In this document: in pieces, positions 1 through 10,541 of the stretch
Numbering within the stretch: the first letter of the stretch is position 1
Layout of the letters: each line of letters begins with the position of its first letter
Assembly: GCA_008632985.1 (NCBI GenBank)
Contig: QPGO01000295.1
Location: forward strand, 50,794-70,793
Direction: 5' to 3'
Source of the DNA: Psammoneis japonica
Taxonomy: Eukaryota
DNA length: 20,000 nt
Notes under the pieces: generated by a model
The model's input: only the letters and a program-made list of their open reading frames with translations
Database searches by the model: none
Told to the model about the DNA's origin: nothing
Made by a program: the position numbers and the translations under genes

Positions 1-130
1 CTTCTGTTTTTGTTGGCAATCATTCATGCATTCATTGCTTTGCAATCTTGCTGTGGAGCTTGTGTGCAGAACTCCGAGGGCCCAATGTCACAAACAGCCC
101 CACCCAGCTGCCGGCAGGACTGGAGCCGTC
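1..130 (-). mobile_element. Degenerate terminal fragment of the GAC...GTC MITE family (truncated by window start)
   Basis: 51-130 (ctgtggagcttgtgtgcagaactccgagggcccaatgtcac...cccacccag...ggactggagccgtc) resembles the MITE ends at 5983-6052 and 10471-10541 (ctgcggagctcgcacgcagaactctgcgggcccaatgtcacacggagtcccacccaggactggaacccgtc). Confidence 0.7.
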
Positions 131-540
131 TTGTTGCTCTGTTTTGTGAGTGGGGACTCCTCCTTCCATGTGCCACACAGCACATTCAGTCACAGTGCTC
201 CCAACACACCAGGGGCTATGAACAATTTTACGTAAACACCTTCAACATGCTCAACGGGAAAGCCAACGATTTAGTGAGAAGCCGAGCTCGAGCCGACGAG
301 CAGGCCATCACTTGTCCATGGCCGATCAATCAAGAATGCGGACGGACAGACTGCTCTCTTTTAGCTGGCTAGAGAGCACACAGGTCCTACTTAGCACCAA
401 CCCTATGCCAAACGACGTGAGAGAAGAGGCGGACATTGACAAGGTACTTTTTCGTCATTAGCAGGCTCCAGGAGAGGCAATGAACTGCCAGTTTTCTATG
501 CCTATAGAACTTTAAATGGAACGCGTGGGATGTAGTTTCT

Positions 541-3374
541 TCAAAAGACCACGGTCACGTCAGGTGAACAGGTCGAACCACCCGCATCACACACTGTGTA
601 AACGTAGCTCGCGCCTCCTTTTTGGCCAGTGTTGTCCATGTAAAATCCATCATTTTGGGTGGTTGTGACCAATGCACTATTTCGATAGATTTCAACATTG
701 CTTGTGGTAGCACCAGAGAAAGTTAAGTCACAGACGTTGAATCCTTTTTCCTTGCGGGTCGTGATATTCAGGGTAATTGGGCCTCCTGTAGGTGGGGCGG
801 GGACAACTACCTGGGCAACGTTGGACCATGCAGAATTTCCATCTGTATTGTAGGCTCTCACGCGATAGTCATACGTAGCGGAAGGCAAAACGTCAAAGTC
901 CACCGAAGAAGCGGTCACGGTCGTGGCGCTGGGGACCCAGGTCGTTCCACCATCCTCGCTACGTTCAACTTCAAAACCCAACTCATCTATAGAGTTGTCG
1001 TTCCAGGTGAGCTGCACTTCGGTGCTCTCTGGTGCCACTGCCACCAAGTTGGACGGAGCTGATGGTGGACTGCCACCGCCAGTACTCACGAAAGCCTTGA
1101 TGAAAAGCTGGTCAACGTAGACAGTGTCAAGAGTCCGCTCTCCCTGGACACGATTAGCATCAAGTACTCGCACTCTTACATCGCTGACACCAGACCCCGA
1201 AATAAGTTTCGTGTAGGTGCTTGCGGAATTGCTGTTTACGACAAACAATCTTGAAAAGCTGTTTCCTCCATCCAGGGAGACGTCAAAATTGAAAGCTTCT
1301 TCGCCTTGGTGCCACGCTGTGGCAGTTACGGTGGCATGATCCCATCCGTTTGGAAGGCTGAAATACCATTCATGAGACAATCGGGAAATACGACGACTAG
1401 GATTGCCACTAGATTCTTCTTCACGGATGGATTCAGCATTGCCATCTGCGGCATCAAGGCGCGCGAGAGAACCAGTCACCGTTCCAAAACTGTTGGTCTC
1501 GGTCGAAGGGAACACTTCAACATTATCACTCGTTGTGGCAGACACGGTGGGCGATGGGCTTGTAGAGCTTAGTCCTTTTTGAGCTGTAACGTTGTAGGAG
1601 TACTCCGTTGCCAACTGGAGATCAGTGTCCGTGAACGTCGTTTCAGAGACCTGCCAGCTTCCTCCACTCAACCTCTCAACAACATAGGAGTCCGCTCCAT
1701 CAATTTCCCCCCAATTTAGCCGAATTTCACTTCCAGAAAGGGCCGCTGCCGTCACAGAGCCCATTGCCGGCGCTGTAAGTGTTGCTTGGCCAACGTTTGA
1801 ATATTCAGAGGAACCACCGCCATTGACGGCACGAACACGGTAAGAGTTGGTCGTCCATGGCGCTGTAATGTCGCTGAAAGAGGTGACATCACTTGCAAGA
1901 GACTCGATTTCCTCCCATGGACCCTGACCAATGTATCGCTCCAGCCTGAAGGTCTCTTCATTGGAGGAGTTATCTTGCCAGGAAATTAAAATTTCGTTTG
2001 CGCCGACGGTGGTGGCCTCCAAGTTCGAAGGTGCATTCGGGGCGGGAACAGTCACCGAAGCTCGAAACGCGGCCGTGATGGCCATGGTGTTGCGGATGCT
2101 TTCAGCATTGTTGGCAGTTTCGGTACCAGCTACCGCGCCTTCGTAGGTAAGGTTAGGACTGGAAAACAAATTCTGGCGAGTTGCCCCGGTGCAGCCGTAG
2201 GCCATGATAGTGCGAAAGTAGGGGGGAGGGAGACTGCCATCGTTACATACACGGTAACCGTAGGAATAAGGATATGCGGCACTTCCCCCGTTTTCGATGT
2301 TATGGGTAGAACCTTATTTATAAATGAAGCAATGAAAACGGGATGAGAAAATGGGAGAGAATGAGACAATGGAAAAATAATGAACGTACCTTGATTGTGG
2401 CCGATTTCGTGGGTGAAGGTCAATCCGGAAATGCAACTTGAAAATGTCACGCTGAAGGCATAAGGAGCAAAGTCTGAGCTATCACTCGTCATGACATAAG
2501 CAATTCCACAATAGTTATTGTCTTCCGATATCATGGCGACAAGATCTGCACCATATTGATCCCTAACGGAGTGCACTTCATCCATAAAGCCATCGCCGGG
2601 AGTTCTCAAGCGACTGAGAGTGAGACCCATGTCACCTGTTTCTGTATAGCCGACCTCATACATGTACACAAGATTCAGCTCGAGGTTGATTTGACTGTTG
2701 ATATAGCCTTGGTTTGCAAGTTGGATAGCTTCCACGATCTTAGCTTCAATTCCCGCGATGCCACCATACCTGGTTCGGCTGGCTGGCGTGTATACCACCA
2801 TAATGTCTTGTACTGTGTTCCAGAGTGACTTGCTCCCTCCGTGTGAATCCGAAGTGTCAAGACTGGTCTGCTCGCTGATGGTGTCTCCGTCGGTTGCTCC
2901 ACGGAGGAGCCTGCGAGAAGCGGGCGGGAACAGTTCCTTCGTTGGAGGAAGCTTGTCTTCGTCAATCTGCGCAAAGATTGCCGTTCCACCCTGTTCCGAC
3001 GAAATCTCGAATATCTCAGAGACGCCGTAAACGATGGAACCGGAAATTGCTCCTTTGTGGAAGCTAAAGGAGGCCACACTGTTAGGAAAGCCGACGACCT
3101 GACCCATCCAGGTGTGTTCGCCGCGCTTGCCAATTACGGTGCGGTCCTGGCGAAGAGTCAAGGGGGCACTGCCATCTTCGAAGAGATCAACGAGGATAGT
3201 AGCGGCGTTGAGACTTCCTCGATTCAAGCGAATCTGGTCGACGTGTCCTGGGACGTGATACGGAGAGGCCTTCGAGGGCGCCGGCATTCGGGAGCTGAAG
3301 AGCGGAACGGCGTCCTTATTGTTTGCCGCTGCCGACCCTAGCAACAAGGCAAAGGCAAAGACACGGGGGAGCAT
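541..3374 (-). CDS. Secreted M12B/reprolysin-like (metzincin) zinc metalloprotease with fibronectin type III repeats; exons 3374-2390 and 2312-541, 918 aa
   Basis: Signal peptide MLPRVFAFALLLGSAAA, prodomain with RRLLR, and reprolysin-like core (DIMVVYT, RDQYGADLV, YCGIAY). Splicing 2389-2313 joins the two listed ORFs in frame (985+1772 nt) and restores HEIGHNQGSTH (HExxHxxGxxH) and the Met-turn TIMAY. FN3 repeats follow (APSNL..WQDNS..YRVRAVN..GSSEYS; APSNL..WNDNS..YRVRAYN). Confidence 0.92.
2313..2389 (-). other. 77-bp phase-1 GT-AG spliceosomal intron
   Basis: Minus strand reads CAAG|GTACGT...AAATAAG|GTTCT. It is pyrimidine-rich, and its removal restores the frame and the zinc-binding motif. 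Confidence 0.9.
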
Positions 3375-3800
3375 CGTTTTGCTTGAATAAGATCAAAAGT
3401 TGGATCAAGAAGACACGATGGGAGGAGAAAGGTGATGTTGTTTTTTATGGGCTTCACGCCGTTTCTACCAGGAGAAATCGGATGTAAAAAATGAGGTCAT
3501 TGATGGCTGGCATTTTGTATGTTCTGAGAGACGTAGAATGTACTGTACGTGCAACATGGAACATAGAACTTGGTCATGGTCATAAATGAATGAATATTTC
3601 ATATGAACGGTCATTCCGTTTACAGCATTAGATTTATGCTGCACCGCACCGTCCGCGAATTTTTATAAGTCATGCGTATTCATACAATTACAACGGAAAT
3701 TTTGGCCTGCGTGATTTGTAGTTCGTAACGGTTATCCGTTGAATTTAGTCTTGTTTGGCAAAGAACACCTTTTACGTATGTTTTAAGTCGTTGGGGCTGG

Positions 3801-3922
3801 TGATGACTTATGATGACTCTATGATAACTTATGATTACTTTTGATGACTAATGATTACTTATGATTACTTGTGGTTACTTATGATTCCTTTTGATTACTT
3901 ATGATTACTTATATGATTACTT
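3801..3922. repeat. ~10-bp minisatellite (TGATTACTTA / TGATGACTTA)n, block 1
   Basis: About 12 tandem imperfect units read directly. Confidence 0.9.
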
Positions 3923-4019
3923 TAAAAAGTCGAGTGTGTCTGTCTTGTGCAAAAAATATCATGTTAACGGTCAGATTTAAAGGGCTGTTGTGTCAGTTTG
4001 TCTGTGGACATTTGTCTTT

Positions 4020-4144
4020 ATTACTTACGGTTACTTGTGATTATTTATGATTACTCATGATTAATTATGATGACTTATGATGACTTTTGATTACTTGTGA
4101 TTACTTTTCATCACTCATTATTACTTTTGATTACTTTTGATTAC
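4020..4144. repeat. ~10-bp minisatellite (TGATTACTTW)n, block 2
   Basis: About 12 tandem imperfect units, same consensus as block 1. Confidence 0.88.
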
Positions 4145-4266
4145 AAATGATAAGTTAACGTCTTTCTGCGACCAACTCTCGATTGACATTTAACGATTAA
4201 GGGTGGGAAATCCCTTGTGTTTTTGACATGTGAATGCAAACACATGAAAAATAACTGACGTTTTAA

Positions 4267-4661
4267 GGCGGGTCATCCCCCACTTTTTTTAGCTCGAATT
4301 TGGCCGAACAGCTCGTGATTTGCATGATTTTTCTTGAATTTCACCGCGCTTCACCGTGGTGAAAACATCAAGCCACAAGTCTGTGACGGAGGTGGGCCGT
4401 GCGTCAACTTTCATTTGTTTTGTGCTTGTTGTGTGTCTGGGGTCGCACACACATCAAATGTTTGCGCACGGACCGCTGCATTTTTGGACTTGTGTCGACA
4501 TTGCCGTCATCATCGTGCTTCGATCACAGTGTCTGATGTTCTCATTTTCATGCACGATCGGGGGTGAATGTGGGCAATTTTTGCATTCAAAAACAAACAC
4601 TGCAAATGTCCTCATTCAAATGCCACGACAATTTCTGGGACAAATGCGGGGATGACCCACC
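4267..4661. mobile_element. Kolobok-like MITE copy 1 (~395 bp)
   Basis: TTAA|GGCGGGTCATCCCC ... GGGGATGACCCACC|TTGA. GG..CC termini with a TTAA target fit Kolobok better than piggyBac. No transposase. Confidence 0.8.
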
Positions 4662-4665
4662 TTGA

Positions 4666-5062
4666 GGCGGGTCACCCCCATGTTTGTCCCAGAATTGCCG
4701 TTGTTGCATTTGTGTGAGATTTTTTGCAGTGCTTGTTTTTGAATGCAACAATTGTTCATGGTCACACCTGATCGCGCACGAAAATGAGAACCATCAACAC
4801 CACGATCGAAGCACGACGATGACAACAATCATCGACATTTCTCAAAAACGCAGCGTGCCGTCTGTCAACTTTTCATGCATGCACAATCTTTGATGCACAA
4901 CAAACACAAAACAAATGAGAGTTGGCAGACGGACCACCTCCGTCACAGACTTGTGGCTTGTTGTTTTCACCACAGTGAAGCACGGTGAAATTCAGGAAAA
5001 ATCATGCAAAATGCGAGCTGTTCGACCAAATTCGAGCTAAAAAAAGTGGCGACTGACCCGCC
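4666..5062. mobile_element. Kolobok-like MITE copy 2 (~397 bp), inverted relative to copy 1
   Basis: TTGA|GGCGGGTCACCCCC ... GACTGACCCGCC|TTGA. The body is the reverse complement of 4267-4661 (e.g. agctcgaatttggccgaacagctcg / cgagctgttcgaccaaattcgagct). Confidence 0.8.
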
Positions 5063-5492
5063 TTGATCATTTGTGATGCAAATGTGGAAAAAACACACCG
5101 ACGCGTTCTGCGCTCACCGTGCAAACAGCACGACAATGGACGAAATGCCATTCGTTCTCGAAAACTGACAGGGGTGGCCTCCAACTTTTTTCACAGTGTG
5201 TCGCATTTGACATGGTCAACAAACTCATGAAGAAAGTTGGAGGCCTCCAAACCTGCACTGCGTTCAATGGACGGCATTTCGGCCATTGTCGTGTTGTTTG
5301 CACGGTGAGCTCAGCATTCGCTCTCCAGCCTTTTGAACATTTTTCCACAAATTGCACGCATTTGTGAAAAACACTGTCTTGTTTCAGACATTTTTTGTTT
5401 GAAATTTCTAAAATTCACAAAAAAAGAGGGTTCCCAGCCTCAAAACCATTGGCAATTTGGTGAGCACAGAATGTGTCTTGTCGCTGAAGCAG

Positions 5493-5595
5493 TGCTGACC
5501 TTCACAACATTTCTGTGCATCAGTCCGTTGGGTTCACATGAAAAATGTTAACCTTCATAACATTTTTGTGCATTGGTCCGTTGGGTTCACATGAA
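5493..5595. repeat. 53-bp tandem duplication
   Basis: accttcacaacatttctgtgcatcagtccgttgggttcacatgaa at 5498 versus accttcataacatttttgtgcattggtccgttgggttcacatgaa at 5551. Confidence 0.85.
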
Positions 5596-5656
5596 TGCAT
5601 GGGGAAATAAAAATTCGCTGACGGTGCAGGCATCCATCATTGTGTTCATGATGTTG

Positions 5657-6052
5657 GACGCGTTCCAGCCCCAGGTGGGAGCTCGCAGCACTGACATGTG
5701 ACACAAACAATTTTTGTCATCCGTCGCATGTTTTGCACGTGCATTTCTGCGTGTGATGTTTAAAAAAAATTGTCCAGACTCACTGTTTTGTGAAGCCCCA
5801 GACACTTCACACAACAAATTTGCAGAAACGATGATGCGCCAGTTGCATTCTTCAATGTCTGAAGAGTGCAACTGGCCAAGCAAAAAGCGATGTGCTTCAA
5901 TCATGGGCAAGTTTGTGCATTTGCAAAATTGCCTCATTTTCTGTTGGCGATCATTGGCACTTTAACTGCCATGTGCTTTTGCTGCGGAGCTCGCACGTGG
6001 AATTCTGCGGGCCCAATGTCACACGGATTCCCACCTGGGTCTGGAACACGTC
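5657..6052 (-). mobile_element. GAC...GTC MITE, subfamily with a different internal sequence (396 bp), 4-bp TSD GTTG
   Basis: GTTG|GACGCGTTCCAGCCCCAGGTGGGA ... TCCCACCTGGGTCTGGAACACGTC|GTTG. Confidence 0.88.
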
Positions 6053-6425
6053 GTTGTGCCAGCAGGGTCCTGTTGTTTTTATGGGCTTGAGGCCGGTGTT
6101 GTGCTGAGAGACGTGGATTCTGTCTGCAGCACTGGCACAGAGCATGATCAAGGTCAATGATGAATGGACATTTCTTGGCAGTCACGGTCTTCAATGAATG
6201 GACATTTCCTGTGAACGATCATTCTGCAAGGTCAAACAAGACAAAGACTTTAGAGTTGGCAAAAATTGTGAGCGAAAGACCAAGGCAACCAGGTTGCTGT
6301 CAGCGAAGCCCGCTGCAATGGCTCTTGTCATGTCTCACAGAATCATCAATGCTTTTCTGCGCAAGCACACATTGGCAGTTTTTGTGAGGAATTCCACGGG
6401 TTTTTTGCACCAAGCAGCCATCACC

Positions 6426-8420
6426 ATGACGACCCCTCCTCCACCGCAGGCTGGCCCCGCCGGTGCTCCTCTTCCGGATCTTCCTCCCATTGTGGATCGC
6501 ACTCCATCAACCCCAACAAGAGCTGGCTCAAAAAAGCTCAACGTGATTGGCCCAAAAGAAATTGCCACCCGATTTGAGTTGACATTGGCAGAGGACAATG
6601 CCCCTGCAGTCCCAGCTGAGGGTCACACCAACACCCTCCATGCCCTTCAGCAAAAGGTGTCCCAAGATCCGTTGATGCACAAAATCTCCATCATGTCGAA
6701 TCGTGGTGTTGATGTCCCCAATGTCAACATCATTGAATGGAGTTCTGGACTGACGCACTTGCAACATTTTGTTTTACACCAAGTCGGAGGCACCCGCCGC
6801 CGCCCTCCTGCGTGCATCATCACTCACTGCATCTGCACTGCCTTGGCTCTTGCCAAAATCAGGAACACACCCTTTGCACACAAAGTCCTTAAAGACAATG
6901 GCTTTCACATGAAATGTCATGAATGTGACAAGGACGCGTTCCAGCCCTAGGTGGGACTCCGTGTGACATTGGGCCCCGTAGAATTCTACGTGCGAGCTCC
7001 GTAGTACGAGAATTTAATTAATGGACACATTTATCTTCAACATCAAATAAACGGCCAAGTTTGTGGTACAATTATGCCTCTTACCACTCGACGTTTTTGC
7101 AACTTCGCCTGCCCTACGCGATTCTTAAGACATTGTAGAATCGCGCTGTAACAAAAAATGTCAAAAGTTGTTGGACGGATCGCTCAATAAGTGTACCGTA
7201 AAATGACACAAAATATCGAAAAAATCACGTAGAAATCTACGTGCGCGACATACGACGAGACTCAAAAAACTATCGATGTCACAGTTCAGTAGTACGAGGT
7301 CCCACCTAGACCTGGAATCTTGTGCTGCTCTTCTCCTGGATTTTGTGCCTGAGCACTGCCCTGCGGACATTGTTCAGAAATGACTTGTGTCAATTCCACC
7401 CCCCTGCAGTTGCTCCAAGGTTCCTTTCCGGTTGATTGTTCAATCGGCATCTTCCCCAATTGACAAGGACATCAAATCGACTCATTGTGCCATTGAGACC
7501 CCACGAGACTGCGCCAAGGACATGATTGCAGCCCTGATGGAAGCATTGGAGGATCGTCCATTGGCGGCAATTTTCACCTGCTGGCAGCACACTCAACCAG
7601 AACAATTCGACAAAGCAGCGCGCAAGCAACGAAAAACCTCCGCAAAAATTCACGTGATCCCATTGCTTCGCTGCAAGGACAGGATGCATTTTTGTGTGTC
7701 CAGTGCAACTTCCATGATTCCAGGGGCAGTGGACGTTGTCCCCTCAAAGAAGAAAATCTCAGTCCCACGTTGCAACATTCTCGTGGACAAACAGTGCTTT
7801 CGAAAAGTCAAAGAGCACATTGCAGAAAACCTCTCAGGCTGGACGAACCATCTTCCAGAAAACGAATTGCCGTTCATTCACCAACCTCGCCCAACAAATC
7901 CTGGTGTCAACAACGATGTCTCGGACACTGTTCAGTCAATTGCCTTGGCTGGCATCCAAAGCTGGAAGTCTCTGGGACATTTCTGACATTTCTCCTTCTG
8001 ACTCACAAGCTCCTGCTGAATCCGCAACACAGCCAGCACCTCCACTGGTTCCGCGAAATGTTGGGATTGTTGGCGGCTTTCAGATGTTTGCACAAGCCCT
8101 GGAAAGTTCCACCAGTGTGGCAGTCCCCACAGCAACCCCCACTTTGGAGTTGACATCTCATGCCAACAAAACAGCTGAGCTTGAACAGATGGTGCTTCAA
8201 CATCATCAGGAGCAGGATCATTGGTCAGAGCTGCTAGAATGACAACATCAAGCATCTCTTGTGCAGCTGGCTTCCAAGTTTCAAGATTTGATTCAGGAAA
8301 CCATTTCACCCATGATGACTCCGGGAGCTTCATCTCCTCAGAGGAAGAAACCTGCACTCTCAGCCCCAGCAGGCTCTTCATCTCACCATCCTCCCAACGA
8401 CACTGCCGCGGATGACGTGG
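6426..8420 (+). pseudogene. Putative LINE ORF1 remnant (Pro-rich N-terminus), split by the MITE at 6933-7317
   Basis: Long + strand frames MTTPPPPQAG... (6426-6932) and 7387-7986 lie directly upstream of the endonuclease domain. The identity is inferred from position only. Confidence 0.55.
6933..7317 (+). mobile_element. GAC...GTC MITE, TpA-retaining copy; last ~6 bp of the right TIR and the TSD are missing
   Basis: GACGCGTTCCAGCCCTAGGTGGGAC ... GTCCCACCTAGACCTGGAA; colinear with 13990-14380. Confidence 0.9.
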
Positions 8421-10149
8421 ATCAAGAAGACTCAGTTTTTCCTGAGGCAGGGCCAGTCATCCAACCTGCCCATTTCCCAAGATGCATGCACCTGTCGTGC
8501 TGTTCAGTCTTTCTTCGAGAAAGCACGGCATCACACCCAGGGGTGATGCCCCTTTGGTGGCAGTTGGTCCCGCTGCCCAGCAGTTGACCCAGATGTTGTC
8601 AGGCAGAAGTTTTGCACCTCCCTCCAGCACTGTTGATCACACTGCTCTGGCACAGAATGACCTGATTGGTGATCCGCTGGGACCCAAATCACCAGACCAA
8701 ACATGTTTGCACGCGTTTGATGCAAATGGATGTGCTTGTGACCTGCAAGGCAGAGACTTCAACACCTGTTCTCAAGTCACTGCGGAAACACAGGCAGACA
8801 CAGTTGGAATTTCCGAAACTTGTTTGGGCACAATGCAATGCAAAGTTCGACAGAGTTGCACAAACACAGTTTGCCAATCTTTCCAACACGGCCATCTGAC
8901 ATTGTCATCCTCCAAGACTGCCTTTTCCATCCCTTGCAAACCTGGTGGCACCGCCTTGCTTTCATGCAATTCTTTGTCTTCACAATGCCATGCACAATGT
9001 GAAGATCTTCTCGGGAGATGGTCGATCCAAATTTTTGATGGACGCCATGGACGGCAAGTTGTGTTTGTGTCGTGTCATCAAGTGTGCTTTGGCTCTTCTG
9101 TTGCAGGTGAAACAACAGCTTGCGCAAAACAGGAAGCATTGCTTTGACGACAAGGACGCGCAAATCCCGACACAAGATGATCATTTTGCACGGATCTGAC
9201 CCGCATCCTAGAGCGGTTTCTCGATGATCCAGACCAAGAGGTTGCGCTGTTTGGAGATTTTGGCACTGACAATGACACCCTTGCTTCCATGGCGCAACGG
9301 TTCAACATGTCGGACGTGATGTGTTGCCATCAGGAAGATCTTGAATTTTCCATGCATGTGAGAGGATCTTGTCAGCTGGGCTGCATTCCAGCAACTCCAG
9401 GAGCTTTGGCTGCATCAAGAAGGTGTGGGTGCAAATCATTTGGTTGTCACACATCCTTGGATCATTGAGCTCATTTTGTCAGCTTTGACACTGTGGCATT
9501 GTTTGGCAACCCTGCCGTCAACTTGCCTCGTGCCGAACATCGAGGCTTGCAAGCAAATTCTCCGAAACACGCAACTGCACATTTGGAGACAATGGCTCCC
9601 CTCCTGCAAAGTTGCAGTGTCAAGGAGCAAACCAAAGCACTGGCACAGTCTGAGACGCCAAATCACAGACTCACAGAGAGACTCAGCCGCAACAGTCTGC
9701 AGCTCTCATTGTCTTCTGCGAAGCATTGTTGACGTCACAACAAACCAGAATGGTCAGCAAAATTGGCCAGTCTCTGCAGACAGATTTTGGTGTTGTCCAG
9801 GATGATGTCCATGTTTTGCGCCAAGGTTGACATGGCACCAATGATTCCATGTGCTGAGTTTGATCTCAAAGAGTCCTTTGTTCTTCCAACCACCTTACAA
9901 GAATGTGCCACAGCTCTACAAAAGGCTCAGTCAGAGTGCCGTCAGGTGGCAAGAGAGAGTCAGAAACACCAAGATGAAGAATGAGACGCCCGCATCGCCA
10001 AACTTGAATTAGACTGCACCAAACAGTCAAAAGCCAAAGCACAAATCCTGCGCAATCAACGCTGTGCAGAAGAAACTGAGCGGGCATTTAAGAAAACCAA
10101 CGCTTGCAAAAAGACGGAAGGAGCCAGTGCACAAACCATTCAAATCCCT

Positions 10150-10541
10150 GACGCGTTCCAGCTCTGGGTGGGACCTTGCACCACTGAACTGTGACATTGA
10201 CAGTTTTTTTGGATCGCGCCGCATGTCGCGCACGTAGAATTGCACAAGACTTTTGTGAAATTTTGTGTCATTTTGTGGTGCACTTGTTGAGCGATCCGTC
10301 CAACAACTTTTGACATTTTTTTGTTACAGCGCGATTCTGCAATGTCTTAAGAATTGCGCAGGGCAGGCACATTTGCAAAAATGTCAAGTGGCAAGAGGCA
10401 CAATTGCACCACAAACTTGGCCGTTTGTTTGATGTTGAAGATGAACACATCCGTTGATTAAATTCTTGCACTGCGGAGCTCGCACGCAGAACTCTGCGGG
10501 CCCAATGTCACACGGAGTCCCACCCAGGACTGGAACCCGTC
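10150..10541 (-). mobile_element. GAC...GTC MITE (392 bp), 4-bp TSD CCCT, reverse orientation
   Basis: CCCT|GACGCGTTCCAG ... CTGGAACCCGTC|CCCT. Excision restores the LINE frame IQIPEDPRDNPKTCENW. Confidence 0.92.

Larger units (their letters stand above)
4201..5439. mobile_element. Host foldback MITE with TTAA-type TSD (Kolobok-like), ~440 bp of its own sequence, interrupted by two nested MITEs
   Basis: TTAA(4197-4200)|GGGTGGGAAATCCCTT ... AAGAGGGTTCCCAGCC|TCAA(5440-5443) form imperfect TIRs. Internal inverted repeats at 5112-5149/5273-5310 (36/38 match) and ggcctccaactt/aagttggaggcc. Confidence 0.6.

Noticed and set aside
541..3374. Two separate genes (ORFs 541-2205 and 2130-3374) or a frameshifted pseudogene
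   Set aside because: A canonical 77-bp intron joins them in frame and completes the catalytic motif.
3801..4144. CRISPR-like array
   Set aside because: Contiguous 10-bp units with no unique spacers, in a eukaryotic context.
6933..7317. Classical fungal RIP (CA->TA) acting on this copy alone
   Set aside because: It cannot explain 15 kb of TA absence, TTAA->TTGA/TCAA target sites, the altered telomere hexamers or the HVDD motif; the polarity is away from TA.
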